The position numbers were made by a program, and so were the translations under genes. Of a stretch of DNA of 64,000 nt, positions 9,919 through 20,500 are shown one piece after another. Below the pieces are notes generated by a model, which was given only the letters and a program-made list of their open reading frames with translations, was not told where the DNA came from and did no database searches. The stretch is from a virus, in the IMG/VR virus record IMGVR_UViG_3300033997_000406, positions 20,432-84,431 of that record. One strand, 5' to 3'. Every line of letters starts with the position of its first letter. The stretch's first letter is position 1.

Positions 9919-11072
9919 CAAACATTGACTGTACGACCGCCATTATGTGAAGGAGCTGAAACAACCCCGTCTTGCTCCATAGCCTCAACTATGCGAGCGG
10001 CACGGTTATAACCAATGCGGAACTTTCGCTGAATACTGGACACGCTGCAGCTGTTGCTTTCACGAATAAAAGTAACGGCTTGGCCATAAAGAGGATCAGA
10101 GGCGCCACCATCTAATTCAGATGATGCAGCTGGCTCCTTAGTTTTTTGCTCTTCGGACACTTCCGAACCGTCATACTGGTTGCCTACAAGCAAGGCATCA
10201 ATGGATGTACTGATAATGGAGTGCATCAGGATAAGGTCAGCATCTAAGCGGGCCTTAATATCATCCCAACCCAGCTCAGTATTTTGACCGACTAGCAGGT
10301 CGTGATATTTAAGACCGGTAATAACTCCGCTATCCCGGATAACAAAAGATATTTCACTTGGCTTACACAGCCCTATCAGGACCACTAACTTGTCCTGCAA
10401 ATGCGATTGAACTTCGTCAGACATGATCAGGTGATTATCAAAGCGCGCCTTACCGCCTTCCTCATCCGGGGCTTTAAACTCTACCTTGCTGCCCTGCTCA
10501 AAACCTGCAGGTAGGTTTTCGCCTTTAGTCCACAGAGCCAAGTTGCCGTTTAATTTATGGTTATCAAACAAGGGCAAAGCAGGCAAAGAGCCAATTGACT
10601 TACGCAACAACGCCACAATAGTCTCAGCAACACTATGGCTAGATGTGCCAATAGCGATAATGTGGCGCTTTTTATCGTAATAACCATGCACTACCCTAGA
10701 GCGACTAAACGCTCTTGGCATTAGGGTTTGACGCAATTCAGATTTAAGGGCTTCTTTTTCTTTTTTTGCTAAATGGCGGCCCTTTTCGCGCTCAAGGTCT
10801 TTTATTTTTGGCGCCAGCTCTTCGTTCAGCACGTCTGAGGGCAATATCTTTTCTTCTTTCTTGACCGCAAAAACAATTAAATCACTGGATTCGTAGGTGT
10901 AACCTTCAAACGACTCATGGAGCGGCGTAGTAAAACCCTGCTTCATCGACTCTTGTGAGGTGCAAGCGGTAAACTTAAACGCCGCTAAAGCCTCACCCAA
11001 TTGAACCGCACCAAGAGCCAGTGGCTCTGTCACACGATATAAAATCAAACTTTTAAAATGTACAAACGCCAT
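9918..11072 (-). CDS. rdgC: recombination-associated protein RdgC fused to a C-terminal FtsK-gamma winged helix
   Basis: [23 protein letters not shown] (RdgC); DPLYGQAV...[30 protein letters not shown] (FtsK gamma). Confidence 0.9.
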   Translation of the reverse strand: MAFVHFKSLILYRVTEPLALGAVQLGEALAAFKFTACTSQESMKQGFTTPLHESFEGYTYESSDLIVFAVKKEEKILPSDVLNEELAPKIKDLEREKGRHLAKKEKEALKSELRQTLMPRAFSRSRVVHGYYDKKRHIIAIGTSSHSVAETIVALLRKSIGSLPALPLFDNHKLNGNLALWTKGENLPAGFEQGSKVEFKAPDEEGGKARFDNHLIMSDEVQSHLQDKLVVLIGLCKPSEISFVIRDSGVITGLKYHDLLVGQNTELGWDDIKARLDADLILMHSIISTSIDALLVGNQYDGSEVSEEQKTKEPAASSELDGGASDPLYGQAVTFIRESNSCSVSSIQRKFRIGYNRAARIVEAMEQDGVVSAPSHNGGRTVNV

Positions 11073-11164
11073 AAACCCCACTCCAATTAACAATGTCAAT
11101 CCCAATTAAATCAACAACTTAATAAAAACAAAAACGCCAGAAATTATCTGGCGTCACATACTAA

Positions 11165-11350
11165 TTAATCGTCGTATTCAAATTCTCTTTTACGCCGGAT
11201 CCGCTCCTGCACTTCTTCAATCCGGTTTCTGGTTTGCAATACATTGCGGCCGCCAGAAGTGGAGCGACTAGCTTCACGCAAGCTATGTATCTCACTGTCT
11301 CTTACAACAGCACCAGCAATGTAAGGCGGGTTAATCGGCGCTCTGCTCAT
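11165..11350 (-). CDS. hypothetical protein
   Basis: 61-aa ORF. Confidence 0.5.
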   Translation of the reverse strand: MSRAPINPPYIAGAVVRDSEIHSLREASRSTSGGRNVLQTRNRIEEVQERIRRKREFEYDD

Positions 11351-11672
11351 ATAAGGGATCTCCTAATTGTGGGGCGGCCTGAACCATTTTTGTGTAATCG
11401 AGTCGGCAATAGACTTCATCTTCCGGCTGAAACTTGTCACCAAGGGCAGCTTTAACCTGAGGCGCAGTAGCGTCGACTGGTACAACTCTGTGCGTTTCTG
11501 GCACCAATGCCAGCTTCGCGCTGAACGTATCCACCAGTGCAGCGGCAGAAATGCGCTGGATCATGCTGATGGCCGTAGGGGGCGTTACAGTCCTGTCGGT
11601 TGCAACGTTTAAAATCATCGCCATGGCTGCTTTTAGTGAGTCATGTCGTTTTTGTAGGTTTTCGCTTTCCAT
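11331..11672 (-). CDS. hypothetical phage protein
   Basis: 113-aa ORF with phage-like C-terminus (VVPVDAT...YTKMVQAAP). Confidence 0.6.
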   Translation of the reverse strand: MESENLQKRHDSLKAAMAMILNVATDRTVTPPTAISMIQRISAAALVDTFSAKLALVPETHRVVPVDATAPQVKAALGDKFQPEDEVYCRLDYTKMVQAAPQLGDPLYEQSAD

Positions 11673-11759
11673 TTTCGATCTGCCCTATTTTTTTGGCGCT
11701 ATTACCAGTAACGCCTACTTATCCGCACCATTGCGGAAACCTGACACCAAATCAGCTCA

Positions 11760-12137
11760 TCAAACGTAATGACCTTCCTGCTTTTTTGGGGTAGAACCAT
11801 TGGTTACACGGCCTCGGGGCAAACAAGAGCCAACGGCTAAAGAAGATAAATAACGATTAAACTTGGTAAGTGCTTTGGCGGCATCCTCACCTTGCAGCTC
11901 GCAGCCAGTGCGGATCAGTTCAATCATTTCATTTGAATAGGCCGCAATGTCGGCGGCACTGATAGTCAGGTATTCGGGCAGCTTCATTGCATCGGAAAGG
12001 CTAATGCGGCAATTAGTGCATTGACTGCAACCAAACTCACAGGCAGGACATGCAACGGTACCACTTGAAAGCGAGCTTAATAGCCTGGCTAACTTCCAGC
12101 GTTTAAAGACTTGATGCTTAACTTTTGACATCTGCAT
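11760..12137 (-). CDS. hypothetical protein with Cys cluster
   Basis: CPACEFGCSQC. Confidence 0.55.
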   Translation of the reverse strand: MQMSKVKHQVFKRWKLARLLSSLSSGTVACPACEFGCSQCTNCRISLSDAMKLPEYLTISAADIAAYSNEMIELIRTGCELQGEDAAKALTKFNRYLSSLAVGSCLPRGRVTNGSTPKKQEGHYV

Positions 12138-12348
12138 TTTGCTCCGAGCTACGCAGCAACTCCAGCTGCTGATCCTGTGACAAATCAGAGAACCACAAGA
12201 TGGCCGCTCTAACGATGTGGCTCTTGCTTACCCTCCCCATTTTTTCCAACAGTTTTTGGTGGGCAGAATCAAGACGCTCTTCGTCTTTTTTGCTAAAGGA
12301 AAAAGCTGATGGCTTGTAAGTTGGTTCGTTGCTATTTGATTGCGTCAT
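12118..12348 (-). CDS. probable ribbon-helix-helix (CopG/ParG-like) DNA-binding protein
   Basis: SAFSFS..DEERLD...VSKSHIVRAAI; divergent from rep. Confidence 0.55.
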   Translation of the reverse strand: MTQSNSNEPTYKPSAFSFSKKDEERLDSAHQKLLEKMGRVSKSHIVRAAILWFSDLSQDQQLELLRSSEQNADVKS

Positions 12349-12471
12349 TTTTCGGCTGCGACCTTATTAACTGTTATTAATAATAATATCCTAACAGATA
12401 ACATGCAATAAATTGAACGTATTTTAATATCACTGGAAAAACGAACAGTATTACTTTGGCAAAAAAGGCTG

Positions 12472-12545
12472 GATCATGCGGGCGGATCGGATCTACACTG
12501 GCCGCCTTTAATTTCAATAGATCTATTCCGATCCTTGGATAGATC
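12472..12545. promoter_or_regulatory. GATC cluster upstream of rep (candidate origin or Dam-sensitive element)
   Basis: Six GATC sites in about 75 bp next to an AT-rich tract. Confidence 0.55.
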
Positions 12546-12607
12546 AACTATGATAATTTGAATACAAATAGGGGGTTAGATGAATGAAGTCATAAAACGC
12601 GGGCAAT

Positions 12608-12743
12608 AAAAAAGGACTCTTTGGCGGGAGTCCTTTTTTACGAATTTGATGTTCTAAATCGTTTGGCGGCGTTTTAGAACTGAAAGTTCGAAACTAATTG
12701 TTGAACAGCTGAGCTGTTGTTTTCACTAACATCAACCAATCGC
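12608..12743 (-). ncRNA. candidate antisense (Inc/CopA-like) replication-control RNA
   Basis: Minus-strand TTGACC-17-TAATAT promoter (12778..12750), two stem-loops and a U-tract terminator at 12608-12639. Confidence 0.65.
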
Positions 12744-12813
12744 AAGTTGATATTAGTGAAAAACGCGCAGCGGGTCAACTCATCCTTAAAAAAATTGTAT
12801 AGAGAATATACTA

Positions 12814-13650
12814 ATGGACGAGAATTTTACGATCCGGCACAGTGCTGCCCTTATTTCAGCTATTGAGCTGATGATGTCTACCAAAGTCATAAAGTCAGGT
12901 TTAGGAAAAACGATGCAGGCAATAGCTGCATTTTGGAACCCAAGCGGCAATATCTACCCTTCACAATCCACGCTGGCCAGCATGACCGGCATACACCGCA
13001 GAACCATTATTACCCACATTAAAACTTTGACCGGAATGGCAGTGGTTGAAACCACCACTAGACCGGGGCGCTATTACAACGGCGAGAAAGTGGCCAGCAC
13101 ACTGATGTATTCATTCAACACGGAAAAGCTGGGCGAACTATTCAGAAAGGCTAAGGCGAAACTCAAAGCGCAAGCTATTGCCACGGCCAGAAAGGCCAGA
13201 AAAGATCACTTCAAAGCACTGCAAAATGATCACACTAACAGAGCTAAAGCTCAGGCCGATAAGATCACTGTCAGCCAGGCGCTGGCAGACTGGTTTAAAT
13301 CTCTTTGTCAAAAGGCTTTCAACGCAGAAGTGCGCCACAAAGAAAAGCTGGTGCAGCAACAGGCCTACAAAAGCGGCATAGAGCGCAATAGGATAGCCAG
13401 AGGCGAATTATTTAGCCGCGCTGAGCGCAAGCGAAGGGCTGAGGAAGCTAAGCGAGTGCAACCAGAGCGCGAGAATGCACAGCAGCTGCATGAACGCATA
13501 GTTACCCTTAGCAAGGCTGCCCTTATCAACAAATTTTCGCCTGGCGCATTTACAGACGCCATGTACTACGAACTGATGAACATATCGAAGCAAGGGCAGT
13601 TACTCGACATCGCTACAAGAATGGCACTGAGCGCGTATAAAGCCGCTTAA
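12814..13650 (+). CDS. putative replication initiator with N-terminal winged HTH
   Basis: IYPSQSTLASMTGIHRRTIITHIKTL (HTH_36-like); structured leader and GATC-containing repeats. Confidence 0.7.
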   Translation: MDENFTIRHSAALISAIELMMSTKVIKSGLGKTMQAIAAFWNPSGNIYPSQSTLASMTGIHRRTIITHIKTLTGMAVVETTTRPGRYYNGEKVASTLMYSFNTEKLGELFRKAKAKLKAQAIATARKARKDHFKALQNDHTNRAKAQADKITVSQALADWFKSLCQKAFNAEVRHKEKLVQQQAYKSGIERNRIARGELFSRAERKRRAEEAKRVQPERENAQQLHERIVTLSKAALINKFSPGAFTDAMYYELMNISKQGQLLDIATRMALSAYKAA

Positions 13651-13723
13651 AAGGATCACAGCTGGAGCTATAAAAAGATCACACTAACAAAGCTAAAGCT
13701 TAAGCCTATAGGATCACTGTCAG
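13228..13723 (+). repeat. 47-bp imperfect direct repeat (13228-13274 and 13677-13723)
   Basis: 42/47 identical; GATCAC near each end of both copies. Confidence 0.9.
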
Positions 13724-13809
13724 TAAACTGACGGTACTTTGCTCTTTAACATGATGGATTAACGCCCAATTTAGCGCCCCACTTATCCTACCCATGCTTT
13801 CATCAACAT

Positions 13810-14244
13810 ATGGAGGGTAAGCAATTGAGCCAATTAAAAGTGTATGCAGGGCTGGCTGTGGCTGCTGCAGTACTGGCACTGTCTGTTTTTGGTTATTTCC
13901 ACTACCAAGGCAAGCTTGAGCAGATAAAAACGTTAAATAACGACATATCAGCAAAAGACACGCTGATAGGTGAAAAGAACCAGTCGATTTTGCAGCTGGA
14001 AACAACAGCCAAAGATAACAGTGAAGCACTGGAAAACCTTAAGAAGCAGAACAAAGACATTGATTCAGCTCGGGCCGACCTAGCTATCACTAACAAGGCT
14101 TTATCAAGTGAATTAACAGCTGCAGAAACTGAGCTACAAGAATGGGCGCTAAAAAATGAAATCAACGATGTTTGTATTAATAGCGATATGCCTGATCACA
14201 TTATCAGGATGCTCGACAAAGCCACCGGCAGAGCCGCAAATTAA
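13810..14244 (+). CDS. i-spanin (Rz-like)
   Basis: N-terminal TM helix, coiled coil, C-terminal Cys. Confidence 0.78.
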   Translation: MEGKQLSQLKVYAGLAVAAAVLALSVFGYFHYQGKLEQIKTLNNDISAKDTLIGEKNQSILQLETTAKDNSEALENLKKQNKDIDSARADLAITNKALSSELTAAETELQEWALKNEINDVCINSDMPDHIIRMLDKATGRAAN

Positions 14245-14476
14245 GTATGTAACGAAAGTAGAAGTACAACGAGTTACTGTAGACCAGTCAATGACCGAGC
14301 CTTGCACTCTGGCGCAACGAACCGGTAAAAAGTGGGTGGACGGCACGAACCTAACTTTAAAGCTTGCTACAGCACTGGTGCAGTGCAACAACAAGCTTCT
14401 GAAGATAGAGAAATGCTACGGCCCCAATGGTAGTACAGACAGCCCCGAATGTACCAATAAAAAAAGCGCCCAATAG
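14156..14476 (+). CDS. o-spanin lipoprotein (Rz1-like)
   Basis: LSGC lipobox; overlaps the i-spanin 3' end in another frame. Confidence 0.78.
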   Translation: MKSTMFVLIAICLITLSGCSTKPPAEPQIKYVTKVEVQRVTVDQSMTEPCTLAQRTGKKWVDGTNLTLKLATALVQCNNKLLKIEKCYGPNGSTDSPECTNKKSAQ

Positions 14477-14580
14477 TGGCGCTTTAACTTATTGAATTTA
14501 CTAAGATTGACATTGTTAATCGGGAGCTGATTCTTAAGCTAAAAAGACTAACATCCGTGTCAGCCAAGGGAGAAAGTCAG

Positions 14581-14883
14581 TTAGTTTTTTGTGTATTCCA
14601 TGTACTTCAATGTGTTTTCAGGCCCACCCAAAACATCATTTAATGCCGTAACCCGCTCGGCCTCCAGTTGAATATCAACCCGCCTGGATTTTGTTTCTTC
14701 AGCTTTAACGACTTCACTATAAAGCGGGTGAACCACAAACGCCGTTAACGCCAATACAAAGAACAATGCCAAATTAATTGCCACCCCTTGCCTGTTACTA
14801 CTCTTAACAGACCATAGGGCCAGAGCAAAGAAGCACAAAGCCGCTGTAATAATTACGACTGATATATTCATCATTACTTCCAT
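14581..14883 (-). CDS. two-TM membrane protein, possible holin (P1 lydE/lydD position)
   Basis: Two hydrophobic helices; directly downstream of the protease. Confidence 0.5.
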   Translation of the reverse strand: MEVMMNISVVIITAALCFFALALWSVKSSNRQGVAINLALFFVLALTAFVVHPLYSEVVKAEETKSRRVDIQLEAERVTALNDVLGGPENTLKYMEYTKN

Positions 14884-15806
14884 GTAAGGCCAGTTGTCAT
14901 TTGCACCAAATCATCTATTTGAGAATTGGACGAACGCTGCTGAACAGATACCTTGACAGCTTCATGCGGGAACTGGCTTAAGTCTGTTTTTTGTATAGAG
15001 CTAAGCAGCTGCACAATATCCCCTATATCTTCCGGCCCCTGGCGCACGAATGCCGCTTTTTGGTCATCGGTCAGCATAAACGGCAGCTTATCCAAGGCAG
15101 CTGATAACCGTGACTTTCTGGACTCTTCTTGCTCTAAAAGGCTGGATACAATTAAATCAGTTAGAGCCGCTGCATCACTTTCCGGCTGAGCAGTGAAGCG
15201 GTTTAGCATTTTCCCTGCATCTTCTTCACCAAACTCAGACTTAAGGCTTGATAGCAGCTGATCCTGCTGCTCAGACACTGAAGAAAGCAGCATGTTCTGA
15301 CGATGAATTGGGATGAAATTAGGCTGTCTAACAAAATCGAAACCTTTGAATGAGGTAGCTAAACTGGCTTCGCCTCGCTCTGTTCCATCGCGGCCGGACA
15401 TAGCCCAGCTGAAACCACCAAAACCTTGCTTGTAAAGGTCATAAGCTTTACGGCCCAGCTCTGTGTCCGCAAACTCTTGCTCATGGGTTACATCACCGTT
15501 ATCAGCCACTTCAACAGATAAGGTTCTGATAATGGGCTCTACGTTTACTACAACAGCCTTACCGTCTACCTGTATAACTTCAAACTCTGTTGGGTCAATC
15601 TTGCCTGTTAACTGGCGGATACGATGGCCCCAATAGCCAACGGCTTCACCTAACCGGATCCGCTCCAATGTTTCACCGGCAGAAAACACCTTTTTAAGGG
15701 CCGCTAACTGGAAGCTCTGCGGTGCCGGGTTAAATTTGCGGCCATCACGCAAAATATTGAATGTCTCTTTTGCCCGCATTGGGCTTGCGCCTGTACTATT
15801 GCTCAT
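14874..15806 (-). CDS. pro: prohead/head-processing protease (P1 Pro-like)
   Basis: GYWGH, GGFSWA, GFDFVRQPNF; follows the portal. Confidence 0.8.
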   Translation of the reverse strand: MSNSTGASPMRAKETFNILRDGRKFNPAPQSFQLAALKKVFSAGETLERIRLGEAVGYWGHRIRQLTGKIDPTEFEVIQVDGKAVVVNVEPIIRTLSVEVADNGDVTHEQEFADTELGRKAYDLYKQGFGGFSWAMSGRDGTERGEASLATSFKGFDFVRQPNFIPIHRQNMLLSSVSEQQDQLLSSLKSEFGEEDAGKMLNRFTAQPESDAAALTDLIVSSLLEQEESRKSRLSAALDKLPFMLTDDQKAAFVRQGPEDIGDIVQLLSSIQKTDLSQFPHEAVKVSVQQRSSNSQIDDLVQMTTGLTWK

Positions 15807-17493
15807 TGCTCACTCCTAATAACTTTTTCAAAACCTTTTGCATCAACATTTGTTCAACTTCATCACCATGCAATTGCATAAGCTGCTCTGCTGCCTGCTC
15901 TAATTTCATGGATGACATAACCATATCGCCGCCTTCACCGCCCTCATCAGCACCAGCCGCTTTAATGTCAGCAAGAACCTGCTTCATTTGTTCGTCATCT
16001 AAATCAAGGGCACCCTCTAACAGGGCTTTGGTAAGCAGTGGTGATCGCTGAGTTGCACCGTTAGCAATCGCATCAACAAGCGTTGCAATGACAGTGGCAT
16101 AGTTCGCCCGGCTTTCGCGGGCCTCGTTTTCTGATTCAGCTATAGAGGTGTTTAAGCTGTTGAATTGCACAGACCATGGCTTGGCCATGTCGGCCGGCAC
16201 CACCTTTTTGTATTTGTACCAAAAGTGCAAATCAAGGGCGCGATTTATCATTGTGCTTGCAGCCTGGCGAATCCATGTAGCTCGCCTTGCCGCTTGAATG
16301 CTTTGCTGAAAGAAGCCGCCTTCACCTAAACCGCCCGACAGCAAATCAGCCCAACCCATCATTGTCACATCAATACCTAAAGAGGCCGTCAAACGCTTCA
16401 GATGAAACATGATGTCCTCTATGTCAGAAATGTTCGGATCAGTTCTGTTCGTGTCGATAGTCATCTGGCCTTTCCCACCATGGACAGGGATAAGACTGTT
16501 ATTAATAAGCGGTCGAAGGCTTTTTAAAACGGCTCTGCGCTCCTGATTTTCTTGGTTCGCTTTCAGCTGACTTGCTATGTAGTTGGAATATTCTGCTGCC
16601 GCTATTGGGTCTAAGCCTTCCATAGGAACCAACATCATGCGATCAATGCGACTGGCGTTTTTACGGCTGCCACGCATTGAATCAATTGCTTCCACCAGGT
16701 CGCGCCATGGACCGAAGCTGTTTTCTAAGAAGCTATGGCCATAGTCCTGTGTCTCTACAATCATTTGATCGTAGACATCATCAAACAGCGAATAGATGGC
16801 AGAGCCGAAGTGCTCTGGTTCGCGTGTGGGGTCGGCAACGTGATACGGCACTTTCATTGATATTAATGACCAGGGCGGAGCTAACTGAACTGTGCCCGTA
16901 TGCTGCTTATCCCGTAAATACTGGTTTGTGTAGCCCGCAAGCAATCCGCTGCGCGTGTACTCCCGCACAAACTGAGGCAACGTGTAGAAAGAGCTTTCAA
17001 AGTGGGTGATACCCACGCCGTCTTTTGCATAAGGCCTGATGTAGTTCACGCCGTAGGTGCACATGGTTTTAGCCCAGTTCACGATATTGGCATTAATCAG
17101 CTTCATTACACCGGCATTAAGCTCTGCTATCAGTTCGTCATGTTCTGGAGCTGTCGATTTAAGCTCAATGATAATTCCGGTTTTTGAGTCGGCCGATAGC
17201 GCATGTGTTAAGTGCATATCTATTGCATCGCTAACAATAGAGTCAGTGGCCATCAGTGAAAACGTTGCATACCGGGCTGATCTGTCTTTGCTAAGCCCTA
17301 AATTGCTGAGGCTGTCCGATTCGTCAATATCATCTGTTTCACCACCCAAGCTGCCATACACACCGCTTAGCGGGGAGTCTTGCACGAAAACATTATTGTG
17401 CTGGCTATCGGTTTCTTTGTAGGCAGGAAATAGCGTGGAATAAAAAGATTTTAAGCCATCAATTATTGGGTTTTTGCTCTGTTTTTCACTCAT
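15796..17493 (-). CDS. prt: portal protein (P1 Prt-like)
   Basis: 565 aa; GWADLLSGGLGEGGF; divergent from darB as in P1. Confidence 0.85.
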   Translation of the reverse strand: MSEKQSKNPIIDGLKSFYSTLFPAYKETDSQHNNVFVQDSPLSGVYGSLGGETDDIDESDSLSNLGLSKDRSARYATFSLMATDSIVSDAIDMHLTHALSADSKTGIIIELKSTAPEHDELIAELNAGVMKLINANIVNWAKTMCTYGVNYIRPYAKDGVGITHFESSFYTLPQFVREYTRSGLLAGYTNQYLRDKQHTGTVQLAPPWSLISMKVPYHVADPTREPEHFGSAIYSLFDDVYDQMIVETQDYGHSFLENSFGPWRDLVEAIDSMRGSRKNASRIDRMMLVPMEGLDPIAAAEYSNYIASQLKANQENQERRAVLKSLRPLINNSLIPVHGGKGQMTIDTNRTDPNISDIEDIMFHLKRLTASLGIDVTMMGWADLLSGGLGEGGFFQQSIQAARRATWIRQAASTMINRALDLHFWYKYKKVVPADMAKPWSVQFNSLNTSIAESENEARESRANYATVIATLVDAIANGATQRSPLLTKALLEGALDLDDEQMKQVLADIKAAGADEGGEGGDMVMSSMKLEQAAEQLMQLHGDEVEQMLMQKVLKKLLGVSNEQ

Positions 17494-17577
17494 TAATTAA
17501 CCGCTATTAACTGTTAGTATAAACTGATTAACGCGATCATAAATTCGACGCGCATTAAACAGAAGAGAGCAAACCCA

Positions 17578-20500
17578 ATGGATCAGACCAAATTTGCCAT
17601 ACAAGCGGGGCGGGCAACGTCTGTACGGCAACTAATTAGCGTGTTCGACAGCTTTTTACCGCAATCAGCACCAGCAGCGGAAGAAGAGACAGAAGGTGGA
17701 ACGAGGGCGCAAGCGAGGCGAAAATCTAACGCTGCAGCTCTGGCCATACTGGCAAGGAATCCGGATCCAAGCTTATTAACGGCAGGCGAAAAGCAAGCAC
17801 TGTGGGCCTACTCCGGCCGAGGCGGCATAGGTGATAGCACCAACGAGTACTACACGCCACCTGTATTGGCTAAAGGTGTTTGGAGTCACTTTCAGGCATA
17901 TGGCTTTGAGAATGGCAACGTACTGGAGCCCAGCTGTGCCACAGGCATTTTTAACAACCTAAAGCCGGACAATGTAATTATCACCGGCGCAGAAGTGGAT
18001 CCCACGTCCAGCAGAATTAACCAGTTACTGCACCCGACAGACACTATTCACAACATGCCTTTTGAAGCTCTGGCCAAAGCCACGCCCGACAGTACTTTTG
18101 ACGGCGTTATAGGTAATGCACCATTCGGTAGGCGATTGAATACCTTTGCTGCACAGGATGATGTATATCGCGACTTGAAAACAAATGAGCAGTATTTTAT
18201 TGCCCGCTCCATCGATAAAGTGAAGCCTGGCCACTTGGTATCACTAATCGTCAACACATCAATAGTCAGCACAAAAGGCCTAGCCAAGTTCAGGGCCATG
18301 ATCAGCCGCAAAGCTGAGTTTTTAGGAGCGCACCGCTTCCCATCAGGCACTTTTAGCGCTAACGGCTCTGATTCGGTTGTGACTGATCTTGTTGTGTTTC
18401 GCAAGCACCCGGATGAACTCGCCGAAAAAATGCTGGATATGACAGATGAACAGCTCCAGGAAGCAAATGTGCTTTGGGACACGTTTATCAGTGGCCGCTG
18501 GTTTGACGCGGAAGGCCGCAAATTTATACATGGCGAAGTAATTAGCGGGGCGGGGCAGTGGGGTAGCGACCTTGTTGTTATTCCTGGAATGCCTAAAGCA
18601 GAGCAAGGGCAGCGCCTATCCCCGCATCAGCGCATAGAAAAAGCAAACGTCATCAACGCTCACAACGAAACAATAGCCAAAGCGCTCAGCAAGCGGTTTG
18701 AAAGCCGGATTGATTGGGATCTAATAGGCGCGGCTGAGCCTGTCATAGCAAATTATGTCGACGGCGACCGCAGATTAATAAACGGCCGCTGGTTTGAAAT
18801 GACCGATGGCCAGTGGCTGCAAGTGGCGCTTACTGATGCCAAGGGCTCGCTGGACGCAACGATGTACGGTTTTACCTCTGTATCAGCAATTAAAGACGCT
18901 ATGACTGATTCACGTTCAGCCATAGACATACCGTTTAATCAACTGTCGAACATTTACCAAAACTTGCGCGACACATTGCCTTTTGATGTTGTCAGCGCTT
19001 TCCGCCTGGCTGACCAAGCACCAGCAGAACACAGAGAGCGTTTAGTTAAAGGCGCACTTATTGGCGCCCGCCTCCGGGCTTTTAATGAACGCCAACTTAT
19101 TGATCCTGACTACGACAGCGAGCTGATTGAATTACGTGAAATGTGCGCTGCAATGCACCGCAAGTTTGGCGACAGCAATAAGGTTCGCGGCATTAAAAAG
19201 CTAACAGGTGAAAGTGCAGCCTCTTACAACTTCTTTAAGTCAGCTCTGGACAAAGACGGCAACTACAGAGATTTGCTATCAGGAAACGTGGAACGCCGCG
19301 CTATAGCTCAATACAGCAACGACAATCCGAGCCACGTCATAGAGCAGCTGACCGCTACTGTTGTCAGCTCAATCACTCTGGACGAATTCAGGCAGTCTTA
19401 CACAGGACCAGATGCAGAGCTGAGTGACGCTGAGTTTCTGGATAAGCTGGCACTTTATGAAAACATAGCCATTGACCAGTTTGGCAATCTGCAGCTGATG
19501 GACCGTGCTATAGCTGGTGACGTTGCAAAAAACAATTCTCGCCTAATGTCCGCTTTGGCCAATGAAACCCTGAGTGACGTGGTTAAGTTCAATATAGCCC
19601 GCCAGCTGGACATGATTAAATCACGGCGCAAGTGGACAGATGCTAGCCGTATAAGCTTTGGCTTGCGTGACCAATTTATACCGCGTCAGACAGTGCTGGA
19701 GTTCCTGCAGCAAGAGGGCTTTTCTCATCTTAAATACGTTGGTATTGAGCAAAAATCTGTAGAAGAGGCTGGCGAGGAAAGTTTGGTTGAAGTGGATATG
19801 CCAGAAGAGCAAAACGGCATTTTCACCGGCTATTACACTCAGGGCGGCAAACAGAAAACCCGTAAAGACGATGACGGCGGCACCTTTGGCGCTCAACTTG
19901 AAAAATACCTAAACGGCTTAGGTGTTCGCAGTGCTGATGCCAAGGAGAACAGCAAGTACCGTGACCGGATCCGTGGTATGGAAAAGCGTTTTCAAATCTG
20001 GCTTCGTCAGCATGATAGCGCTGACGATATTGTTGCAGCCTACAACGATATGTTTAACGGCCATGTGGAGTTTGAACACTCAGACGCGCCCATTAACTTT
20101 GAAGGTGTTTCTGGTGAAGTACTGCATAAGGGTTATCAAAACAGTGCAATCCGCCGTCTATCAGAAGATGGCAGGGGTATTCTCGGTTTTGGTACCGGCC
20201 TTGGCAAAACATTTGCAGCGTTAGGTGCTGCTAAATATGGTGTTCAGACAGGTCGTAATCGTAAAGTTTGTATCGTCATGCCAAAAGCAGTAAACGAAAA
20301 CTGGATAAACGAAACCGTGCTGTTTTATGGTGGCGGCAACTTGTCCAAGGTCTTATTTGTCGGTTATGAGCTGGAGCAAAAAGACGGCGCATTAAGCACA
20401 AGGCCTGTGCTTGATGGCAAAGGTCAGCAAAAGCTGAATCCTTTGACTGGAAACGCTCTGACCACGCCAGTACTGCGAGAGCTGTCTGCAGCCGAAATCA

